Source: Myxococcota bacterium (GTDB lineage Bacteria; Myxococcota_A; Polyangia; Polyangiales; JBCCZL01). From it: 62,496 nt of DNA. The notes below the pieces were generated by a model. That model made no database searches, was not told the DNA's origin, and saw only the letters and a program-made list of their open reading frames with translations. The stretch lies in contig JBCCZL010000001.1 in assembly GCA_039187775.1 (NCBI GenBank), positions 1 to 62,496 on the forward strand, given 5' to 3'. Positions 53,701-62,400 of this stretch are shown here, in pieces. Each line of letters starts with the position of its first letter. The first letter of the stretch is position 1. Both the position numbers and the translations under genes were made by a program.

Positions 53701-56665
53701 AGACGAGGTTCCGTTCGCCCGACCTTCGGAGCTCGGGTGCCCGGAAGTCGATCACCGACCCCAGCACGGTTTCGTCGGTTGCGCCGGGTGGAAACGCCTG
53801 CTCGAGCCGGAGCGGCGCCGTGCCGCCGGTCGCCTCGGAGAGCGCATTCGCATCGCGAAGGGCGCCAACGATCGCGGCGCGGGTTTCGGGCTCGACCGAA
53901 CCGAAGAGGAACTCGCAGGTAAAGGACAGGTCGGGAAGGAACCACGGCGTTTCGATGCGAAAGAGAATCGAAAACACGGTGTAGTTCGGAACGTGCGCAA
54001 TGTGCTCGATGTCGGCGGCGAGCTTGAGGCCAAACTGAAAGATCTTCAGAACGCTCAGCCGAATTCCCATCTCCCACGTCGCTCGAAGCGCGAAGTCTCC
54101 CGAGCCGGTGAGGAGCCAGATCGCGAGGAAGGAAAGGCCGCTGTAGCCGCTCGCGGAGAAGATGACGAAGTCGACGCCGATTTCGCCGCGAGCCGCGAAT
54201 CCGAATCCGCCGCGAACGTTCTCCACCCACTCGATGCAGAGTCCGATAAAGAACTCGAGCTTTCCGATGTTCTCGGGCAGCGCGATCTTGATCGTAAGAT
54301 TCGCCCAGCTTTTCTCGTCGTTGAGCCGCCCGAGAGCGAAGGTTCCCGGTCGGTTGCCGATCAGGAGGTTCGCTTTGATCTTGAACGCGTCCTTCAGGAT
54401 GTCCGGGGGGTTGTCGAGGAAGTGCTTCAGCGACAGATCGACGCCGATGCCGAGTGCCCACCGGTCGTTGGCGGCGTCGTATTCGAACACTGCGTACCCG
54501 ATCGGGTCCTTCGAGCTCAGGACGAAGAGTTCGATCGCGATCATGAACCCACGCTCGGACGGACTGTGAATGATCATACCGAACGCGCTCAGCCGGAAGA
54601 CATCGCCCATTCCTGCGAAGCCAATCGATAGCCCGACGCCAACCGCCCAGGCATCGTTCTCGGGCTGCCATACCGTCATTCTTCGATCGGGAGGAACGAG
54701 CAGCGGGTCCGCTCCTTTGGACCAGTTGTAGTAGCGAAGCTCGGGCGCGTCCTCGTCGAAAGAATCGAGCTTCGGCAACATATTCGAAGCGAACAGGATG
54801 CGAAAGCCGAAGCACTCGATCACGCCAAAGGGAATGCGACCTTCGAACGCGATCTGCAGCATCCAGTAGTCGAAGGCTTCCGCATCGTTGTCTGGCATCG
54901 GAGTGATGTTCCCGACGATGATGTCGAAGCCGAACTTGTACTTAGCGGCTTCGAGGTCGAGCTTGAGCGTCCCCGAAAGGCCGAACTCCTCTTTGAATAC
55001 GCGCTCGGTTTCGAGCGCGGCATTGGTGTAGTAGCCGAGGAACTCGAACAGAACCGCGCTGTTTCCGATCTTGCCGCCAAACCCGTCCATCTTGAGGTCG
55101 GCGGCGCTCGGGTTGCCCGCGACTTTGCCGCGGATCCGTTTGAACCACACCGAGGTCTCGAAGCCGTCGACTTCGATGCCGACCCCGCCGCTGATCGAGA
55201 AGTAGGCGGCCTCGTCCTCGTAGAGTACGCCGGTTTCGTAGAGCACGAGCTCGAGCGGCCCGAGCGTGAGCTGAGCGCCCTCAGGAAGCGAAAACGTCTC
55301 AAGGGAGAACGTCCCGAGCTTCCAGCCGAGGTCCGTGACCGCGATCGAAAAATCATCGTCTCCCAGAACCGTGAGCTGAAGTCCGGAGTTGCCGTTGGAG
55401 CTGTCCGCGTCGGATCCGCCGAGGGGTTCTTCGCTTACGCCGCCTCCAAGGAGCAGATCGACCGTGAAGAGGAACGAGTTTCCAAAATCTTCGCCGCGGA
55501 GCAGTCGGCCGATCGAGACACCGAACTTTGCCGCGATGATATCGATGCGAAGGATGCCAAAGAGATCCATGGCGAGGACCGCGACTTCGTCCCGACCCAT
55601 GGTGGGCGAACGACGGATGGCGGCGCTCACGGTCCACTCGTCTTCGAGTGCGATCAGCGCAGCGCCCCGGTCCTCGTTCACATCGAACACGATGCCCATC
55701 TCGAAGTTGATGCCCTCGGCGACGTCGGCCGGCGGTGGCAACGTCTCGAACCAGAACTTGCTCACCACGAGGCGAAGGTGCTCGGCGAGCTCGATGGAGA
55801 TCGGCGAGCCTCGCAGGTCGAAATAGTCAGTAAGGCGCGCGGTATTTTCGATCGAACGCCGAAGGCCCATCGTTCCATGGACGGGAAGCGGCAGGATCTG
55901 CACTGCGGGAATTACGACATCGTTGAACGCCCACTCGTATTCTCGAAACCCGTCCTCTCCGAGCTCCCGCGCAATCTGAACGATCGGATTGTCATCGTCG
56001 CCCCAATCGATGTCGAAGGTCCGAATCCCTACCGCTCCGGTGTTGGGGCTTGCCAGTGGGCTCTCGATGGGCCGGACGATCCAGTCGATGGTTTCGTGAA
56101 GGTTCGGCTGGTGAGGGAAAAAGCGAATGTCGAAGATGCCGCGGCAGGAGACTCCCATAAACTTCGCCGGCGCGACGCTCAGCGGGGTAATGGGCTCCAG
56201 CCGAAAGTCGCCGGCGGTCGAGTAACGGAGCCGCACCTCGGTGGTGAACACGGTGTCTCCGCTTCGAAACTCGACGATCTTGTCGGAGGTCTTGGATGCT
56301 CCATGGGGCCCGATGAAGTCGTGGGGAGTGACGATTTCTAGGGTGACGTTTTCGAGGATGACTTCGGTGGAGGTGCCACCGATTCGCACGACGAAGTCGA
56401 CCCCATCTTCGCGCTTCGCGCGAAACTCGAACGATGGGAACGCTTCGAGGCGGACGTCCAGCGGCGGTAGCTCCCGGAGAAACTCGAACTTCCCGGAGAT
56501 CACGGTCTCGTCGCCGAGCCGAGACGTGGAGAGGTTTTTGACCTCGACCTCTCGGGCGATCTCGGAGAGCCAGAGGTTGAGCGAGCCTCCCACCGGGCCG
56601 ATCTCGGAGGTGGGCCACGCGGCGGCCAACGGAGCAAGCGGGAAGACGTCGAAGAAGCGGATCAT
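50753..56665 (-). CDS. 1970-aa hypothetical protein (beta-rich, no recognised motif)
   Basis: ATGA overlap with the PLD-like gene (56662-56665). Native GC3 style throughout. The antisense ORFs are shadows. Confidence 0.85.
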   Translation of the reverse strand: MIRFFDVFPLAPLAAAWPTSEIGPVGGSLNLWLSEIAREVEVKNLSTSRLGDETVISGKFEFLRELPPLDVRLEAFPSFEFRAKREDGVDFVVRIGGTSTEVILENVTLEIVTPHDFIGPHGASKTSDKIVEFRSGDTVFTTEVRLRYSTAGDFRLEPITPLSVAPAKFMGVSCRGIFDIRFFPHQPNLHETIDWIVRPIESPLASPNTGAVGIRTFDIDWGDDDNPIVQIARELGEDGFREYEWAFNDVVIPAVQILPLPVHGTMGLRRSIENTARLTDYFDLRGSPISIELAEHLRLVVSKFWFETLPPPADVAEGINFEMGIVFDVNEDRGAALIALEDEWTVSAAIRRSPTMGRDEVAVLAMDLFGILRIDIIAAKFGVSIGRLLRGEDFGNSFLFTVDLLLGGGVSEEPLGGSDADSSNGNSGLQLTVLGDDDFSIAVTDLGWKLGTFSLETFSLPEGAQLTLGPLELVLYETGVLYEDEAAYFSISGGVGIEVDGFETSVWFKRIRGKVAGNPSAADLKMDGFGGKIGNSAVLFEFLGYYTNAALETERVFKEEFGLSGTLKLDLEAAKYKFGFDIIVGNITPMPDNDAEAFDYWMLQIAFEGRIPFGVIECFGFRILFASNMLPKLDSFDEDAPELRYYNWSKGADPLLVPPDRRMTVWQPENDAWAVGVGLSIGFAGMGDVFRLSAFGMIIHSPSERGFMIAIELFVLSSKDPIGYAVFEYDAANDRWALGIGVDLSLKHFLDNPPDILKDAFKIKANLLIGNRPGTFALGRLNDEKSWANLTIKIALPENIGKLEFFIGLCIEWVENVRGGFGFAARGEIGVDFVIFSASGYSGLSFLAIWLLTGSGDFALRATWEMGIRLSVLKIFQFGLKLAADIEHIAHVPNYTVFSILFRIETPWFLPDLSFTCEFLFGSVEPETRAAIVGALRDANALSEATGGTAPLRLEQAFPPGATDETVLGSVIDFRAPELRRSGERNLVSPAATITIEFAQPVNDLLDLSPTGDFGIRASGDDDVELLTRYELQKLVVKRRPRFSDAEWTVVEERTPRFTLDESGAIVSSESPTIFRWAWNSEIRSEDQTVASQLFLNGNTPFGVSFDSPEADDSILRENPNWPCCDPTLTLFEHYYRSEPLGPTRLPVHSVSDVRANVWFRRGFIKPPEATSSVGSGRVLSLDAGQSWQFVAHEDIQYLRIWVSSLSGEPGIDVVAEDRAGAEVYRQTFPANGTWHSVLVTGPLRTVRVMTRPNEQDGGIVVGNRLIPTNWIEIAGLVGVTVTEYLAYRNAVDACNHEDRERPARTFFLPQHEYTVEITTHISVKHSTTDWEAAEVTESISFETSGFPGTNLTESVGQELAPYVVRAYGGHRGRLYREEPVLTLFSEDLKLFAPGTASDEHRQTFPVSLIVRANSGRNADELLSRSSATSEDWLSRGGAFLGAAAFLARSVLQVIVASTEDEAKQRFGRLVEAGDNRCGIDDPTRVEQAAVVSEPDEGLWEPNATYTACVRPEGAPWIHRKRFSETDLLTFRREGAWEWADGALRAPAGGELGFGDPEWDLMRISIGGTGDFGVQLFGGAVEARLRDGRLEVGGRSVDVGDAALIEAVIYADIVRFRASGQSLDVPRERRYSGPPSIVASPNASITTLFVSGVDMTSHSFTASRYRSFEEHIDSFDGLLLQPGSAEEIQRALRTHLGAIVAAMEPEASDAEREELFDQLISELVVFTEDIPERVTITAIGGDTVGAFLVESPEPLDVVSEVGLELKQLRRRVGRDVRDLLGRLRPELLRPRVNPALGDLIPETRREPLRPVDLRPIPTPTTLTNARLDARPEAPRLRLTSRRSAPERIETAPTLEGSAVETLSFTGEGHLTTRELRPEVARVVRELGLSEIALLPNRRFVPTFRTRVYEDVATLVVQNRDATKLLVFPRAPLGPGAYRICFEIVRRRFETLEAENELNTYRQTAEIDLRL

Positions 56666-59409
56666 GACCCCTCCGCGTAGCTCGAGGGGTCACTGATGAT
56701 GTCGAACACGGCATCCTCCTCGGCCGCGAGGATCATTGCGGCCACGAGGCTGAGGGCCGCGGTCCCGAGGCCGAGGCCTTCGACATCGAGAAACGGACCG
56801 CTCGTGCCGCCGCCGCTGAAGAGCTCCGGATAGGTTGCTTCGGTGGCGAAATCGATAAAGCGGTTTCCCTTCTTTCGCGACCGCTCGAACCATGGGATGG
56901 CGTGAAGCGGATCGCGAAACAGGACGCGGCCGACCGCTTCTGGGATGTGGAGCGCCTCCGACCAGAGGCGCGTTCGGAGGTCCCGGATCCAGTTGTTCGG
57001 CGTAAAGCGAAGCCGATCGGGCATCGCGAAGATGTTGCACTCGCCGTCGGAGAAGTAGCCGCGGCGACTTGCGGCGGCCGAGCCAATGCTGGCGAACACA
57101 TCGTCGACGATCATCACGCTGGAGTGCACATGGATGCCCTTGAAGTCGACCACCGTTGCCGCCGCCCCCGTTTTGTGCTTGTCCGGCTCGCTGCCTTCGT
57201 CGGGTCCGAAGAACTGGGTCGCGGCGCCGCGTCGGATCTGAAGCCGGACCACCGCGTCCTCGGTGGTGTCGGTCTTGTTCACCACCTGGATGATCTCCTT
57301 ATCGACCACCATCCAAAACGGCGGCGAGGGGACTCGAGCGGCGGGTTTGACCTCGACGGTTTCCGATACCGACGGTCGTTCTTCCAGGGGCTCGTTGAGG
57401 TAAAGACGGCCATTGTCGGCTTTGCGGACGGTTCGAATCGCGCTGTAACCGCGGCGCATCACGCCGACCCGGGCGGTGGGGATTCTCCCCGCGAATGCGC
57501 TTCTTGGTCCGAAGCCAAAGGGCTGGTCCGGGGTGGCGGGAACCATGATGAACACTTCGACGCCTCGATCCACCGCGGCGACTATCTCGTCCACATACTC
57601 AGATGGCGGCGTTAGGTGTTGATCCTCGACGTAGATGAACTGCCGTGCGTTGCGGATTGCGCTCAGGGTGGTTTCGTAGATCGTTGTCTCGCCGGTCGGC
57701 GCGAACGTGAAAGGCGCGGTGGACCCGTCGGGGTTGGGGGCGAAGTAGGTGCGGGCGATCTGCACCACGTCGTTGCCAGCGCTCGGCAGATCCTCGTAGG
57801 GCGGAGTCGAGATCGCCAGGGGCTCGGTACTGGCCCGAGTCCAGCGTTCCGCAAAGGTGAGGGCCAAGTCGCGGACCGCGGGGCCGTCTACTCGCGCGTG
57901 CACATCTTTGAAAGGGGCGGAGATCTTGTGTTCGAAGTCGTCGAGGCGATCGGGATTGAGGTCGACGCCTCCCGCGTAGGCGTGAACCCCGTCGTCGTTC
58001 CGGATGACGGCGATCTTCTGATGGAAGACGTTGAAGCGGTCCATCAGGGTGAGCACGGTGTTGACCACGGACTCCGACGGGAGGCTGGTGACCTTGAGCG
58101 GGTTGTCATCCGACGACGCGGGGTAGGGATCGAAGAGGGCGATCGAATCCGGAGCCCGGGTGAGCGCGTCGACCGCGGCTCGGTTGGGTTCACCCAGGGT
58201 TTCGACCAGTTCCTCGAGGTGGCCTGCCGCGATCACCCCGCCCACGATCAGCAGGAAGAGGTTCATCAGCGTGGTCGTGTCGAGGAGCTCCTCGTCCACG
58301 AGAAGATCGATCGTGATGGCGCCCGCGAGGAGCACGACCAGCAGCACCATCAGCGCGTCACCGAGGTCGGACACCGCCCCCGACCGAAGCTGAAAGAAGT
58401 CGAGGGCGAGGAATCGGGCGCTCCCGCCCGCATCGATCAGTGCATTTACCGAATCACGGGTGGTGGCGGGAATCCCCGGCAGTTCGGTGAGGACGTCGTC
58501 CGGGGAGATGAAATACCCGGTCAGGTGAAAGCCCGGCTCCGGACGGGTCCCAATCCGTGAGAGCTCGCGAAACATCTCGTCAAAGACCTCGGCGTTCAGG
58601 AACGGCACTACGGTGTTTCCGAGCGTCCAGCGCGAGAGTGCGGTCGTCTGCTGAGGTGAAAACCAGCTCTCCAGGTCGGTAAACGAAATGGTCCGAATAC
58701 CTGGGACGATTTCGATTTCGTCCATCGCGGATACCCCGTCGTCGCGGGTGAAAAGGCGGTCCGCGAATGAGAGACGCCGGCCGTTCAGGTCGGCGCGAGA
58801 GGTGGTTGCGGACACCAGGTTGCCCGCATCGTCGGTGCTGAGGCGCGATGACACTCCGTCCCGAACAAAGGTGAACGTACCGCGCCGAGGGCGGCCGAGC
58901 GCATCGCGAAGGATCAGGGCATCGTCGCCGAGCGCCCGTCGAGCCGCGTCGAGAAGGATGCTCAACTCGCGTGACCCGCGGACCGAGCCCACCGCGTCGC
59001 TGAGCCACTGGAGGGAATCGAGGATGTCCTCTGCGCCATTGTCTGGCGTGAGAATGGCGAAGACGAAGTGTGGACTCGCGGCGGAGATTTCGCTCGTCCA
59101 GGTGATCGAGCCTTTGTCGACGGTCGTCGCGGTATCGGGGAGCGCGACGTAGATCGTCGGCCACACCCGAAGCGCGCTAAGGACCGCGGGAAACTCGAGC
59201 GGAAGGGCTTCGAACTCCAGCACTCGAACGTCGTCGCTCGTCTTGCGGTTCACCCAGCCGGTGCACGGAGAGAGGAGCCGAATGGGAACGCTTCCCTCGA
59301 TGCGAAGCGCCGAAACGTGCATTCCCCCGTAGCGAAGCCCGGACGGAATCGAAAGCACGTCCCGGGTAATCGTCGTCCCGGTGAAGTTCGGGAACGGCGT
59401 CGTAAACAT
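56662..59409 (-). CDS. phospholipase D superfamily (HKD) domain protein, 915 aa
   Basis: Start set at ATG 59409 (MFTTPFPNFTG), overlapping the upstream TGA (TGATG). FHQKIAVIRNDDGVHAYAGGVDL and IHVHSSVMIVDDVFASIGSAAASRRG motifs. The first 158 codons of the track ORF overlap the upstream gene and are Arg/Gly-rich. Confidence 0.85.
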   Translation of the reverse strand: MFTTPFPNFTGTTITRDVLSIPSGLRYGGMHVSALRIEGSVPIRLLSPCTGWVNRKTSDDVRVLEFEALPLEFPAVLSALRVWPTIYVALPDTATTVDKGSITWTSEISAASPHFVFAILTPDNGAEDILDSLQWLSDAVGSVRGSRELSILLDAARRALGDDALILRDALGRPRRGTFTFVRDGVSSRLSTDDAGNLVSATTSRADLNGRRLSFADRLFTRDDGVSAMDEIEIVPGIRTISFTDLESWFSPQQTTALSRWTLGNTVVPFLNAEVFDEMFRELSRIGTRPEPGFHLTGYFISPDDVLTELPGIPATTRDSVNALIDAGGSARFLALDFFQLRSGAVSDLGDALMVLLVVLLAGAITIDLLVDEELLDTTTLMNLFLLIVGGVIAAGHLEELVETLGEPNRAAVDALTRAPDSIALFDPYPASSDDNPLKVTSLPSESVVNTVLTLMDRFNVFHQKIAVIRNDDGVHAYAGGVDLNPDRLDDFEHKISAPFKDVHARVDGPAVRDLALTFAERWTRASTEPLAISTPPYEDLPSAGNDVVQIARTYFAPNPDGSTAPFTFAPTGETTIYETTLSAIRNARQFIYVEDQHLTPPSEYVDEIVAAVDRGVEVFIMVPATPDQPFGFGPRSAFAGRIPTARVGVMRRGYSAIRTVRKADNGRLYLNEPLEERPSVSETVEVKPAARVPSPPFWMVVDKEIIQVVNKTDTTEDAVVRLQIRRGAATQFFGPDEGSEPDKHKTGAAATVVDFKGIHVHSSVMIVDDVFASIGSAAASRRGYFSDGECNIFAMPDRLRFTPNNWIRDLRTRLWSEALHIPEAVGRVLFRDPLHAIPWFERSRKKGNRFIDFATEATYPELFSGGGTSGPFLDVEGLGLGTAALSLVAAMILAAEEDAVFDIISDPSSYAEGS

Positions 59410-62400
59410 CAGGCCCCTCCCGATGCAGGAAGTCGACGGGGGCCGATCAGTGTCGAGGTGGTCCCATTTCGGAAGCTGGCGACCCACACCTGCACCTCGG
59501 CGTCGCTTCGACGGGTGACCGGCACATCCCACACCAGCTGGTCGACTCCGCGGTCCTCGTTGCGCCGGGTCGAGGCTCCGTCTGGCGAAAGAGTAACGGG
59601 CACGATGAGATCGCCGTCGTCGGTCCGGACGCGGTGGGTGCGTGAGGGATCGAGGTCCGCCCGGTTCTTCACCGTCAATAGCCGCGCGCCGACCTCCGGC
59701 GGAGTCGCGCCCGTGACCTCGGTCGCAAACAGGAGGATGGTTGGGGCCTGAGGATTTGCCCCCAGGAGATCGACGGTCACTTGGACGTTCACCTCTGCAT
59801 CGGACAACGCTTCGAGCGGCGAAAGCTCGGGAACGAGCGGGCGGGATCGATCGGGGACCACCACCGCCACCGGAGCGAGCCAAGCGTTTACGGAAGTGCG
59901 GCCTTTCGCGTCGGACGCTTGAACGCGATAGAACCAGCGGCCCGGGACGTTGGGGAGCGAGTCGATGTGGGGGCGGAGCGGACCCTGATACACCGTGGTC
60001 CAGAGCGAAGTCAGCTCGTATCGGTTAGCGATCGTGGCTAGCCACAGATCCTCGATTCGCCCGCGTCGGATCTGATCGAGGAGGTCCGGAGTGGCGTCGT
60101 CGATCCTGACGCCGCTTTCGTCCGTGTCGGTGTCCACCCAGGCCTCCACGTCGACCCGCCGAACCCGCCGTGCGATCGCGTCGCCGCTCACGCGCTGAAT
60201 GCGAACATCGCCGGCAACCCAGCCGGGCGGGCCCCAGTCTTCCGCACGAAACTCGAACCGAAGGTCGTTTCCGCGGAGGAGGCGAAGCTCTCGCCGGTCG
60301 ACCTCCAAGAGCTCGGTACTCGGCACCTCCGGACGGCCAAAGTACTCCGCGAGGATCGGCGCGGACGCGGCGTAGCTCTCATTGCCCCACCGCCCCGCGA
60401 GCGGTCCTGAAGAGATGGTGTCCGTGACGTAGCGTTGATCGTCGGCCGCGGTCACTCCGAGATAGCCGCGAATACTCGGGCCGTCGGCGTCGATCGTGAT
60501 GAGATCTCCGTCGAGCACGAGCGAGTAGCTTGTTCGCATCGGCCGTGGGTCGTCGATCGGTTGAATCGCAATGCGCCGGTCCCAGCTCGTCGGAGGACCT
60601 CCACCGTCACGGTCCGACCGGGAGAGACGAAAGCTTCCCGCCCGAGGCTGGGCGGTGTCGTCGGCGGTGCTCTCATCCACGCGAATCGCAATGCGTGAAC
60701 CGGCGCCGTGGCTCACGATCCGAAACGGGTGAGGCAGCCCGATGCTCTGCCCGACGAGCGCGTTTTCGGCGACCGACTCCTCGAGTTCCACGCTGATCTC
60801 GAAAAAGTCGCCGTCGCGGCGCGTCGATAGCACTCGTCCGCCGACCGAGTTGTAGTCGTTCGCCCGAAAGTAGATTCGAAACTCTCGAACGAACGGATCG
60901 CGATCGCGTTCGGTGGGCGGCTCTCCATCTTCGGCGGGCGCGGCCCATCCCCACTCGAGCACGATCGCCACATCCCGACGGTCGAGCGTCTTCGCGTCGC
61001 GAGGAAATTTGCGACGAAACGCCTCCTGGTCGAGGGGGTAACGTGGATCGTGGCGCTGAAGGACGCGGACCCGGACGCCGGCCCGGGGATCGGCACCGCG
61101 GTCGATGGGACCTCCGGGAATCGGAGGCGGCAGGTGCTTCTCAAGGCGCTGTGGCGAAGCATCCAGAGGAGCCGACCGGCGCCCGATCGGATCGACGGTG
61201 GTCACTCGGTACGTGAAAGACTCCCCGTACGGAGTGTTGGCCCGCTTGCCTTTGATGATCGACTGGAGGGTGTCATCGATCTCCACCCATCGGGAATGCG
61301 CGGCCGGTCGGTGTTCGGATGAGAACCGACGCTCGATGTCGATGCCCGGACCTTCGGACGGAGTGGGCAGATCGAGCTGTCGCGCACCCACGATGAGACC
61401 CGCGTCCGAGTCGTAGGGGCGGAATGCTCCGTCCGACCCGGCGCGTTCGAGAATGAAGTGCGCGCTGTCGAGCGGGGGCGCGTAGGGAAGGTCGACCGGC
61501 CACGGGGTGTCGGTAGGATCGATGGCAACGCGAAAGCCCGCCATGTGTTGTTCGCGCTGCGCGCTGACCGGGTTCTGGAGATTGCCAGCTTCGATTCGTT
61601 CGGCGGTGCGAGGTCCCGGAGAGTCATAAAAGACGACGTTCCGGAGGACCGCCTCGCGGGTCTCCACGTCGGTGGGACCGTGGACTCGCGGTTGTTCGAT
61701 CACCGCGGAGATAAACATCTCGCCGCGGATCCGAACGCTATCGAACAACGCCGGACTTGTGAGCTGAGTGCGCCCCGACGGGGAGAGCGTGACCGAGTGC
61801 ACGGTGCTTCCGCGATGGGAGAAGGCGACATCCACGCTGCCGAAGAGATCGACGGCCAGGAAACGAGTCGGCGCGGGCAGAATGAGAGTGAGGAGCCGTG
61901 GCCGGATCCCTTTGTGCAGGGTCTCGAACGCTTTACCGTTCGGAGGAGTTCGCGACACCACCATCGTTTGCCGGCCGGGAACCCAAAGCACCGCACCGGT
62001 TCGGAAGAGCCCGGGAAGGGACGTGCCGAGCGGCACCGCGGTGAACTCGTGACGCACGTCGTGAAGGTCGCGCGATAGGAACTCGCCGGTGATGCGGTAG
62101 TCGTAAGCTTCATTGAACGTAAGCTCGTCCGCCGGGTCGAAGTAGCCGAAGCCGAGGCCGCGTCGCCACTCGGGAAGCAGGCTGAGCGCCATCGCGTTGC
62201 CGAACACCTGCGTTTCGATTCCGAGGCTTGTTTGGCCATGGCGTTGGCAGATCGATCGGAGCGGAACATCGAGGGTTCGGGTGTCCGAAATCGCGCTAAA
62301 GAGTCGCTCGAACTCCCCGAACTCGACCCGCTCTCCATCGATCAAGCGGGAACCAATGAGATCCCGGGCGTCGGCTACAGTTCCGATCGAAGGATGAATG

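Noticed and set aside
59410-59883. The N-terminal 158 codons of track ORF 56662..59883
   Set aside because: They overlap the 3' end of the upstream gene in another frame and read MARSGGGGGPRSIPPARSRAF... (Arg/Gly/Pro-rich). An ATG at 59409 overlapping the upstream TGA gives a sensible start.
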